Shown here: positions 1 to 7,427 of the stretch, piece after piece
How positions within the stretch are numbered: position 1 is the first letter of the stretch
Layout of the letters: each line of letters begins with the position of its first letter
Position numbers and translations under genes: made by a program
Assembly (NCBI GenBank): GCA_963558405.1
Contig: CAUWGC010000022.1
Coordinates: forward strand, 1-21,049
Length of the DNA stretch: 21,049 nt
Source: an uncultured Clostridia bacterium
GTDB lineage: Bacteria; Bacillota; Clostridia; TANB77; CAG-508
Reading direction: 5' to 3'
Notes under the pieces: generated by a model
Database searches by the model: none
What the model was told of the DNA's origin: nothing
Seen by the model: only the letters and a program-made list of their open reading frames with translations

Positions 1-56
1 ATTTTTTATCAATTCTATTTTGTATTTTTTTATCAATTTTATATTGACTTTTACAG

Positions 57-138
57 TTATTCTGTTTTCAATGTTCTTTCTTCTTTTATAGAAGTTATTT
101 CTACCTCGTATTCTATATTTACTTTTCTCTTTTGTCAA
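57..138 (-). promoter_or_regulatory. Strong sigma-A promoter plus boxA-like antitermination motif, probable rRNA operon leader (operon lies outside the window)
   Basis: Minus strand TTGACA (138-133), 17 nt, TAGAAT (115-110), with AT-rich upstream DNA. GAACATTGAAAACAGAATAA (76-57) downstream resembles Firmicute rrn boxA. No ORF follows within the window. Confidence 0.6.
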
Positions 139-211
139 TACTATTTTGGTTATTATATAAAAAACATTTTTCTAATTTTGCAACCACAATTGCAAAATTT
201 AAAATCATTTT

Positions 212-252
212 AAAACCCCAGACAGAGAAAATTCTCCATCTGGGGCTTTTTT
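212..252 (-). terminator. Intrinsic terminator of the GH13 gene (possibly bidirectional)
   Basis: CCCCAGA...TCTGGGG stem with T/A tracts on both sides, immediately after the stop codon. Confidence 0.8.
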
Positions 253-2137
253 ATAAAAGTATTATAACTCCACCATATGCATCTAATTCCTTTTGTGTGC
301 TATTTCTTAACTTAAATAGCACTTGTCCGTTTTGATATTCCTTTGGAATTTCTATTGCTCTTTTATTTCCGCTTCTGTTTATGGCAATTAGCAGTTTACT
401 TCCTTTAGCTTTTCTTTCAAAGATACATACGTCTGTATCTACCTTAATAAAAGCAAAATCTGCCTCTGCCAAAAATGGATTTTGTTTGCGGATTTTTCCT
501 AAGCTTCTAAAGAACTTAACTAAGTCCTTATCCCTTTTTCCCCATGGATAACATTTGCGATTAAATGGGTCTTTGTATCCCATTAGTCCTGCTTCGTCAC
601 CATAGTATACACAAGGAATTCCTGGTAAAAAGTATTGAATAATTGTTGCAACTTTCAACCTTTTTTTACCAAGTCTATACTGCTCTTTAGAAAGTTTATC
701 CAACCTTGCTTGCTCCATACGCTCTTCTACAAAGTTTGGTTTTCTTTCAATCTCCTCTCCTGCAAGTTTTGTAATTGCTCTTATTGTGTCATGTGTAGAC
801 AAAAAATTCATAAGGCAATCTACAGCTGGCTTTGGATATGTTTCCAGAATATTCATAATGGTATTATGAAATTCTGAACCATCTAACCCTCCATACCTCA
901 CATAGGAAATAATAGCATCTTTAAAAGGATAATTCATTACGCTATCTAGCTGTTTTCCTAAAAGATATTCTCTTCTCTTTCCAAAGCCCTCTTTGGTTGT
1001 TGCATCTTCCCATACTTCACCATAGATTACTTTGTCTGGATAAGATTTTACCTTTTGAACTAAAGGAGTTAAAAATTCATCTGGAAGTTCATCCACAACA
1101 TCTAATCTAACTCCATTTGCTCCTTTAGAAAACCATAAATCAATTACTCCGTCCTCTCCAAAGATATACTTTTGATATTTGCTATTCCATTTGTTTAGTT
1201 CTGGCAAAGTAGGAAATCCCCACCAAGAACGATATCCGCATGGTAGTTTTGCATCAAATATATACCATGTAAAATATGGACTTTCTGGAGATTGATAAGC
1301 TCCTAAAGACTTATATCTTTTCTCCTTATTAAAATAAATGCTGTCACTTCCTGTATGGCTAAATACACCATCCAAAATGATGTGTATACCCATTTTGTGT
1401 GCTTTTTTAGTAAGATTTTCAAAATCACTCCAATCTCCCAAGAGGGGACTTACCTTTTTGTAATCAGCTGTGGAATATCCATGGTTTTCCATAGATTCTA
1501 CAATTGGCATAAGGTATAAATTAGTTACACCTAATCTTTTTAGATATGGTAGTTTTTCCTCTATACCTTTTAAATCACCACCAAAGAAGTCGTTATTTCT
1601 AACAACTCCTTTTTCATCTGGCATATAGACAGGCATTTCTCCCCAATCTTTTCTAAGAACAATATTATCAGGGATATTTTCCTTTTCTTGTCCACTATTG
1701 TAAAATCTGTCCGGAAAAATTTGATACATTACACCATTTTTTACATAGTCTGGTGTTCTAAAGCTAGCATCAAAACATGTAAGTTTCCAATGCCATCCTT
1801 CTACGTTTTGGCTATAAAAACCTTCATTGGTCCTTGGATTCTTTTTAATTAGATTTGTTTTACCATTTCTGGTTATTCTAAAACAATATCCATATACACC
1901 TGGATTTTGAAGCGAAATTGTACAGCAAAATACGTTTTCATCTTTTTCAAGATCGAACCACTTCATAGGAATTTCCTTAATTGGATTATTCCAATCTCCC
2001 CAGATGCATAAAACCAACTGCAATGAATTTACATATGTATCATTTTTTATCCGCACCTTAATGATACATTCCGTTTTTGTATCAATTGCGCCAAAAGGAT
2101 ACTTGCACTCTTGTAAATAGCTGTTATAAATACTCAT
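251..2137 (-). CDS. Glycoside hydrolase family 13, cyclomaltodextrinase/neopullulanase/amylopullulanase-like, cytoplasmic
   Basis: YQIFPDRF, GGDLKGI, NHGY and conserved regions I-IV (DGVFSH, GVRLDVVDE, GEVWE, FLSTHD), YYGDEAG and DPFNR. No signal peptide. AAGGAGG RBS. Confidence 0.92.
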   Translation of the reverse strand: MSIYNSYLQECKYPFGAIDTKTECIIKVRIKNDTYVNSLQLVLCIWGDWNNPIKEIPMKWFDLEKDENVFCCTISLQNPGVYGYCFRITRNGKTNLIKKNPRTNEGFYSQNVEGWHWKLTCFDASFRTPDYVKNGVMYQIFPDRFYNSGQEKENIPDNIVLRKDWGEMPVYMPDEKGVVRNNDFFGGDLKGIEEKLPYLKRLGVTNLYLMPIVESMENHGYSTADYKKVSPLLGDWSDFENLTKKAHKMGIHIILDGVFSHTGSDSIYFNKEKRYKSLGAYQSPESPYFTWYIFDAKLPCGYRSWWGFPTLPELNKWNSKYQKYIFGEDGVIDLWFSKGANGVRLDVVDELPDEFLTPLVQKVKSYPDKVIYGEVWEDATTKEGFGKRREYLLGKQLDSVMNYPFKDAIISYVRYGGLDGSEFHNTIMNILETYPKPAVDCLMNFLSTHDTIRAITKLAGEEIERKPNFVEERMEQARLDKLSKEQYRLGKKRLKVATIIQYFLPGIPCVYYGDEAGLMGYKDPFNRKCYPWGKRDKDLVKFFRSLGKIRKQNPFLAEADFAFIKVDTDVCIFERKAKGSKLLIAINRSGNKRAIEIPKEYQNGQVLFKLRNSTQKELDAYGGVIILL

Positions 2138-2195
2138 AATTTTTCCTCCTTATAATTATAACTTAGGAAAATGTGTACTTTGTTTACATAGTTAT

Positions 2196-2224
2196 AATAT
2201 AGCATTTTTCGACAAATATTGCAA
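2196..2224 (-). promoter_or_regulatory. Putative sigma-A promoter of the GH13 gene with a Spo0A-box-like heptamer in its spacer
   Basis: TTGCAA (2224-2219), 17 nt, TATATT (2201-2196) preceded by TGn. TGTCGAA at 2214-2208 matches TGNCGAA. Confidence 0.45.
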
Positions 2225-2275
2225 ATTATTATTAGTTTAAATTTATTCTAACTAAAACTTTAGATTTTTTTATTT

Positions 2276-4321
2276 TTACATAGTAACTTTAAATTTATCT
2301 TGCACTAATTGTTTTAACAACAAATTTTCCTCTTTTTCCAATTTTGGATCATCTTGCATTATTTTAATTGCTAGTTCTTGTACTAATTTTAAAGTAGGCA
2401 TATCCTCAAAAAGATTTGCTATTTTAAATTCTGGAATTCCATGTTGCTTTGTTCCAAAAAATTCACCAGAACCTCTTAGTTCTAAGTCTTTTTCTGCTAT
2501 TTTAAATCCATCTTGGGTTTGACTCATAATTTGCATTCTTTGTTTTGTATATTCCCCAAGTGTGCCACACTTTAAAATACAATAAGATTTATATTTTCCT
2601 CTTCCTACTCTTCCACGTAATTGATGCAGTGCAGCAAGTCCAAATCTTTCTGCATTTTGTACTACCATAATACTTGCATTTGGTACATCCACACCTACTT
2701 CAATAACAGTTGTTGAAATAAGAATATCAATTTTTCCATCTTTAAAATTTTCCATTATTTCATCTTTTTCTTTTGCTTTCATTTTTCCATGTAAATATTC
2801 TACTTTTAATTCCGAAAATACTTCATTTTTATAATGTTCTGCTAATTCTGTAACTGATTTGGCATTAATTACTTCATTATCCTCAATTAATGGGCAAACA
2901 ATATAGCATTGTCTTCCTTCTTTTACTTGTTCTTTTATAAAATTATTTACTCTATCTTCCATTTTATCATTTACTACTAATGTATCTATTTTTTGCCTAT
3001 TAGGTGGAAGTTCATCTATAATAGAAATATCAAGGTCTCCATAAAGAATAAGTGCTAGCGTTCTTGGTATTGGTGTTGCTGTCATAACTAAAACATCTGG
3101 ATTTTTACCTTTGCTTGATATTATTCCTCTTTGCTTTACTCCAAAACGATGCTGTTCATCAGTTACAACCAATCCTAAATTTTTAAACTCTACATTTTCC
3201 TGTAGCAATGCATGTGTTCCAATTAAGATATCAATATCTCCATTTTTTAATTTATCTAATAATATTTGTTTTTGCTTTTTAGTTATTTTACTAACAAGTA
3301 ACTCGCATCTTATTCCAAATGGCTCTAAAATCTTTTTAAAATTTGTTAAATGTTGACTTGCAAGTATTGCTGTTGGTGCCATTATTGCAGCTTGGTATCC
3401 ACATTTTACTACTTTATATGCAGAAATAATACTTACAATTGTTTTTCCAGAACCTACATCTCCTTGTAATAATCTATTCATTGGTTCTTTTTTTTCTAAA
3501 TCTTTATCTATTTCCTCTAATACTTTTAGCTGTGCTTTTGTAAGATTAAATGGAAGAGTATTTATTACATCAGACATTTTGACATCTTTAGAAAGAGCAA
3601 TTCCTTCTTTATTATTTGAATTTATATATTTTAAATTAAGTAATGCAAGTTCCATTGATAGTAACTCTTCAAACACTAATCTTTTTCTTGCTTTTCTAAA
3701 ATCATCAAAACTATTTGGAAAATGAATATCCCTTGTTGCTATATTTATTTCTTCTAAACCATACTCTTTTTTTATATACTTTGGCAAAGTTTCATCTAAC
3801 TTTCCATCTATTTCATTTATTCCATTTTCTATTATTTTTCGTAATACATTATTGGTAATATTATGTGTTAAAGGATACACCGGAATAATTTTTCCTGTAT
3901 TATTACTTTTTCCTTCTTTATCAAAAACTGGACTTGCAAGTTCTACTCTACCACCTTGTACACTTGCTTTTCCAAAAAAAGTATATTTTTTTCCTATTTC
4001 AAATATGCTTTTTAAATAACTTTGATTAAACCAAGTTATAATACAAGTGCCAGTTTCATCTCTTATAAGTAATTTATATAATTTCATATTTCTTCTATTA
4101 GTTGCAATTTCTTGTATTCTTGTAATAGCATAACCTTCTATTAAAACTTCTTCTCCATTTACTACTTCTGCTATTTTTTTTGGTTTATTTCTATCTTCAT
4201 AACTTCTTGGATAATATCCTATTAAATCACCCAAAGTAAAAATACCCAATTTTGCTAAAATGTCAGCTTTATTGGGTCCAACACCTTTTATGTATTTTAC
4301 AGATTTAGTTAAGTCCACCAT
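2276..4321 (-). CDS. recG: ATP-dependent DNA helicase RecG
   Basis: N-terminal IKGVGP and YYPRSYED, RLLQGDVGSGKT, DEQHRFGV, MTATPIPRTL, HQLRGRVGRG, DLELRGSGE. AGGAGGTG RBS. Confidence 0.97.
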   Translation of the reverse strand: MVDLTKSVKYIKGVGPNKADILAKLGIFTLGDLIGYYPRSYEDRNKPKKIAEVVNGEEVLIEGYAITRIQEIATNRRNMKLYKLLIRDETGTCIITWFNQSYLKSIFEIGKKYTFFGKASVQGGRVELASPVFDKEGKSNNTGKIIPVYPLTHNITNNVLRKIIENGINEIDGKLDETLPKYIKKEYGLEEINIATRDIHFPNSFDDFRKARKRLVFEELLSMELALLNLKYINSNNKEGIALSKDVKMSDVINTLPFNLTKAQLKVLEEIDKDLEKKEPMNRLLQGDVGSGKTIVSIISAYKVVKCGYQAAIMAPTAILASQHLTNFKKILEPFGIRCELLVSKITKKQKQILLDKLKNGDIDILIGTHALLQENVEFKNLGLVVTDEQHRFGVKQRGIISSKGKNPDVLVMTATPIPRTLALILYGDLDISIIDELPPNRQKIDTLVVNDKMEDRVNNFIKEQVKEGRQCYIVCPLIEDNEVINAKSVTELAEHYKNEVFSELKVEYLHGKMKAKEKDEIMENFKDGKIDILISTTVIEVGVDVPNASIMVVQNAERFGLAALHQLRGRVGRGKYKSYCILKCGTLGEYTKQRMQIMSQTQDGFKIAEKDLELRGSGEFFGTKQHGIPEFKIANLFEDMPTLKLVQELAIKIMQDDPKLEKEENLLLKQLVQDKFKVTM

Positions 4322-4386
4322 AAAAACACCTCCTATAATTTGTTGTACCCATATATATTTTGCTTACTATAAAATTTTATTATATA

Positions 4387-4416
4387 TTGACTTTTTACTT
4401 ATAAATATATTATAAT
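4387..4416 (+). promoter_or_regulatory. Sigma-A promoter for a plus-strand small RNA
   Basis: TTGACT (4387-4392), 18 nt, TATAAT (4411-4416). No substantial plus-strand ORF downstream. Confidence 0.7.
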
Positions 4417-4420
4417 AAAT

Positions 4421-4502
4421 ATAGGAAATGGAGAAACCACAAAGTGGTTTGCCAGTAAATTGTGAAAACACATCTTACCGTCAAGTAACAGATGTGTTTT
4501 TT
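4421..4502 (+). ncRNA. Putative ~80-nt antisense sRNA (antitoxin-like)
   Basis: Lies between the 4387-4416 promoter and the 4465-4502 terminator. Contains hairpin AAACCAC-AAA-GTGGTTT (4434-4450). Antisense to the 3' part of the putative minus-strand transcript. Confidence 0.5.
4465..4502 (+). terminator. Intrinsic terminator of the plus-strand sRNA
   Basis: AAAACACATCT (4465-4475) / AGATGTGTTTT (4490-4500) stem ending in a T6 run. Confidence 0.7.
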
Positions 4503-4614
4503 ATTTGTCTATTTGCTTAAAAATATTACCAATATAATTAAGGCAAATACTATGTGCCTTTATATATGTAAAGTGGCAAACCACATCTGCTTATTCTCAT
4601 TTCCTATAGCAATC

Positions 4615-4643
4615 ATTTTACAATATTATTTTAATTTTGTCCA
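4615..4643 (-). promoter_or_regulatory. Sigma-A-like promoter converging on the 4387-4416 promoter
   Basis: TGGACA (4643-4638), 17 nt, TAAAAT (4620-4615). Predicted start site falls at the 4608 end of the inverted repeat. Confidence 0.6.
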
Positions 4644-4680
4644 TAAAATCAATTAAGTTTTATTTTTTATTTTACACTGT

Positions 4681-4714
4681 AAAAAAAAAGATGTAATAAC
4701 TTATTACACCTTTT
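4681..4714 (-). terminator. Intrinsic terminator of spoVT
   Basis: Minus strand AAAAGGTGTAATAAGTTATTACATCTTTTTTTTT: hairpin followed by a long U tract. Confidence 0.75.
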
Positions 4715-4729
4715 CATATTTATCTATTT

Positions 4730-5284
4730 TTAAATTGCCATTTGGCTTCCTAAAAAAGTGGCAGCAGATTGTACTACCTTTTTTTCTACATCTGACATTT
4801 TTGTATTTGCATCTTTTGATATAAGAATAACACTACCAATTACATCACCTTCTGAAATAATAGGATATACTACTTGTGAATTATTTTTTCTTTCTTTATT
4901 ATCATTTTTAGTAATTGGAATAGAATTATTTCCATTTTCTGCGCTTAAATAGTATTCTTTGTCTTCCATTAGTTGTTCTAATTCTGGACTTAAGTCTTGT
5001 TCTAAAAATTCTTTTTTTGAACCTCCTGATACTGCAATTACAGTATCTTTATCTGTTATGCAAGCAATATGACCTGTTGTTTTAGAAAGAGTTTCTGCAT
5101 AACCTGTTGCAAATTCTGATAATTCTCCTATTGGAGAATATTTTTTTAGAATTACTTCTCCTTCTTTATCTGTAAATATTTCTAATGGGTCTCCTTCTTT
5201 TATTCTAAGTGTTTTTCTTATTTCTTTTGGTATTACAACTCTCCCCAAATCATCTATCCTTCTAACTACTCCGGTTGCTTTCAA
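4730..5284 (-). CDS. spoVT: Stage V sporulation protein T (AbrB domain plus GAF domain)
   Basis: MKATGVVRRIDDLGRVVIPKEIRKTLRIKEGDPLEIF...LKKYSPIGEL, and C-terminal PIISEGDVIGSV. TTG start with AAGGAGG RBS. Confidence 0.95.
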   Translation of the reverse strand: MKATGVVRRIDDLGRVVIPKEIRKTLRIKEGDPLEIFTDKEGEVILKKYSPIGELSEFATGYAETLSKTTGHIACITDKDTVIAVSGGSKKEFLEQDLSPELEQLMEDKEYYLSAENGNNSIPITKNDNKERKNNSQVVYPIISEGDVIGSVILISKDANTKMSDVEKKVVQSAATFLGSQMAI

Positions 5285-5320
5285 AAATTTTCCCTCCTTG
5301 TCATTTTTTATTTATATAGT

Positions 5321-5349
5321 TAGTATGACAATTTGGGAAAATTTTATAC
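5321..5349 (-). promoter_or_regulatory. Forespore sigma-G-type promoter of spoVT
   Basis: GTATA (5349-5345), 17 nt, CATACTA (5327-5321) matches the sigG consensus. spoVT is sigG-controlled in Bacillus subtilis. Confidence 0.65.
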
Positions 5350-5360
5350 ATTTTTATTTT

Positions 5361-7412
5361 TTATCTATTTTTTCTAAAAACTCCAATTGCAATTAATGTT
5401 ATACATAGTACTATTCCTATTACTATAACAACTAATATAATAGTAAGAATATTTATTTTTCCTTTATTTTCTTTATCTTCTTCTGGTATAACATCTTCTA
5501 CCTTTATTACTTGTTCTGGTTTTAGGTTTTGATCAATTGTTTTTAATTCATCATCTATAGCTCTTTTTTGTTTTTCTAAATTTTGTCTATTTTGTATAAT
5601 AGAATTTGCACCTTGCTCCACTGTTTGCCTAATTACAGCTGAACTATTTTGATAACTACTTTCTTCGCTGACTGTAACAACAGTTTTTCCACTTTCAAAG
5701 TTTGCAGTCCATTCATTAATTACCAAAAATGGAATTTTTAAAGTCTCTCTTAAAATATTATTTTTTTGTTCTTCTAATTCTTTTATTTGTAACCTAATAT
5801 ATAAATCCGCACCTATTGAATTAGCAAACTCTGCTCTTTTTTCTTCTGATAATGTGCTATTACCTGGAATATATACTATTTTTTCGCTTCTATCTTCTTT
5901 TTGTACTTGTTCATATAATTTTGTTAATGTAGTTGCTTGTACTTGAGCTACATTTAAACCGTTATTTGTTTGTGAATTTGTTTGATTATTATTTACTTGG
6001 TTATTTGTTACTGTATTTTGCTGATTATTGTTTACTTGATTATTTGTTACTGTATTTTGCTGATTATTGTTTACTTGATTGTTTGTTACTGTGTTTTGCT
6101 GATTATTGTTTACCTGATTGTTTGTTACTGTGTTTTGCTGATTATTGTTTACCTGATTGTTTGTTACTGTGTTTTGCTGATTATTATTTGCTTGATTATT
6201 TGTTCCAGTATTTTGTCCATTATTGTTTTGTGTTGTATTTACTACTTGATATATTTCTTTTTGAATATTTGGAATATCTACAACTATCAATAAATTTTTA
6301 AATTCTAATCCCTCTAATTCACAATTTTTTCTTACATATTCTAATGTTAATGGTTGTCCTTTAAATGTTTGTAATATTCCTTTTTCATTTTCTGCTGTTT
6401 TATGATAATATTGTCCAATTAAATCTTGTCTATTTTCTCTTATCCATTGTCTTAATATTACATAATTATATAATTTTTCAAATGTTTTTCCTAATTCATA
6501 TTTTGCTGCTTGTTCTTTTCCTGTTCCATCTAAATATGTGTAAGTAGAACTAATTTTATTATCATTTAATATATTATCTATAATTTGATTTGTATTTACT
6601 GTATCTTGTATATTTAAATTAATTCCATCTCTTATCCATGTTTTATAGTTAGCATCAAATAGTTCTTTTACTTTTGTTAAAAACTCTTCTCTACTTAATC
6701 CAAATACTTTTGTTCTTTCAAACTCTCCTTTTATTTGTTTTTCATATGCAAATTTATCTTCGTAAACTTCTTTTTCTAGAACAAAAAGTCTATTTAAATC
6801 TGTTATATTCATATTTTGATATGAATAGGTAATTACATTGTCTTCAAATGTGTAATTTGTAGGTTGTACATTTGTTACCAAAGGTACATCAATTTCTGGT
6901 ACTATTATTTTAACTTGAACATTTTTTATTACTTTTTCTATTCCAAAATTTTCTAATTCGTATTCTATTTTAGGTAAATTTTTCATATTAGGTGAATTAT
7001 ATATAATTTGTATTTTTTTATATTCACCTGGTTGCATTTTTGTTGCTATTGTATAATATACTTTGTTATCTCTTTCTTCTATTTTAGGTTCTACTTTAGT
7101 TTTATTAATTTTTATCTCTACATTTTCTGCAGTTGTACCTGTTTGTTTATTTGCAAGAGGTATAGAAAAAGTATAAGCTTTTTCTGCATTTAACGCATTT
7201 TGTATAATAAATTCATTTGTAATTTTTTCTTTTTCTATATCTATTGTTACATTGTTAGATATTAAATTTACTTCTGAATTTTTGCTTAAATTTGAAATCC
7301 CTTCACCTTTAAAATATACTGTTGCAATATCATTTGCAGCCCATACATTTCCTGTAGTTCCTGTTAACAATATTATTACCATAACTATTGAAAATAACTT
7401 TTTTAATTTCAT
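5361..7412 (-). CDS. Secreted, C-terminally membrane-anchored protein of unknown function with N/Q-rich tandem repeats
   Basis: Signal peptide ending VWA, beta-rich N-terminal region, 13-aa repeats, coiled-coil-like segment, C-terminal TM helix followed by FRKNR. No LPxTG motif. Confidence 0.85.
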   Translation of the reverse strand: MKLKKLFSIVMVIILLTGTTGNVWAANDIATVYFKGEGISNLSKNSEVNLISNNVTIDIEKEKITNEFIIQNALNAEKAYTFSIPLANKQTGTTAENVEIKINKTKVEPKIEERDNKVYYTIATKMQPGEYKKIQIIYNSPNMKNLPKIEYELENFGIEKVIKNVQVKIIVPEIDVPLVTNVQPTNYTFEDNVITYSYQNMNITDLNRLFVLEKEVYEDKFAYEKQIKGEFERTKVFGLSREEFLTKVKELFDANYKTWIRDGINLNIQDTVNTNQIIDNILNDNKISSTYTYLDGTGKEQAAKYELGKTFEKLYNYVILRQWIRENRQDLIGQYYHKTAENEKGILQTFKGQPLTLEYVRKNCELEGLEFKNLLIVVDIPNIQKEIYQVVNTTQNNNGQNTGTNNQANNNQQNTVTNNQVNNNQQNTVTNNQVNNNQQNTVTNNQVNNNQQNTVTNNQVNNNQQNTVTNNQVNNNQTNSQTNNGLNVAQVQATTLTKLYEQVQKEDRSEKIVYIPGNSTLSEEKRAEFANSIGADLYIRLQIKELEEQKNNILRETLKIPFLVINEWTANFESGKTVVTVSEESSYQNSSAVIRQTVEQGANSIIQNRQNLEKQKRAIDDELKTIDQNLKPEQVIKVEDVIPEEDKENKGKINILTIILVVIVIGIVLCITLIAIGVFRKNR
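5983..6216. repeat. 39-bp in-frame tandem repeat, 5 full copies plus 1 degenerate copy (NNQVNNNQQNTVT on the minus strand)
   Basis: Units start at 5983, 6022, 6061, 6100, 6139 and 6178. The five full units differ only at synonymous sites. Confidence 0.95.
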
Positions 7413-7427
7413 TTGTTTTCCCCCTTT

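Larger units (their letters stand above)
4420..4608 (-). ncRNA. Putative ~190-nt structured RNA with paired 5' and 3' ends (type I toxin mRNA-like, hydrophobic peptide ORF degenerate)
   Basis: TATAGGAAATG (4420-4430) / CATTTCCTATA (4598-4608) and GTGGTTTGCCA (4444-4454) / TGGCAAACCAC (4574-4584) are perfect nested inverted repeats. Own promoter at 4615-4643. Hydrophobic reading IVFALIILVIFLSK* at 4553-4509. Confidence 0.5.

Noticed and set aside
4420-4608. 6S RNA or MITE interpretation of the 189-nt end-paired element
   Set aside because: The length would fit either, but the internal terminator and convergent promoters aligned to both ends argue against 6S, and no convincing target duplication flanks the repeats. 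Not fully excluded without a search.
5983-6216. Regular 39-bp repeats as a CRISPR array
   Set aside because: No unique spacers, the unit is a multiple of 3 and in frame within a CDS, and there are no cas genes.
5933-6301. Plus-strand Cys/Leu-rich repeat ORFs (122 aa and 103 aa)
   Set aside because: Antisense shadows of the N/Q repeat with no RBS; stop codons are absent only because of the repeat.
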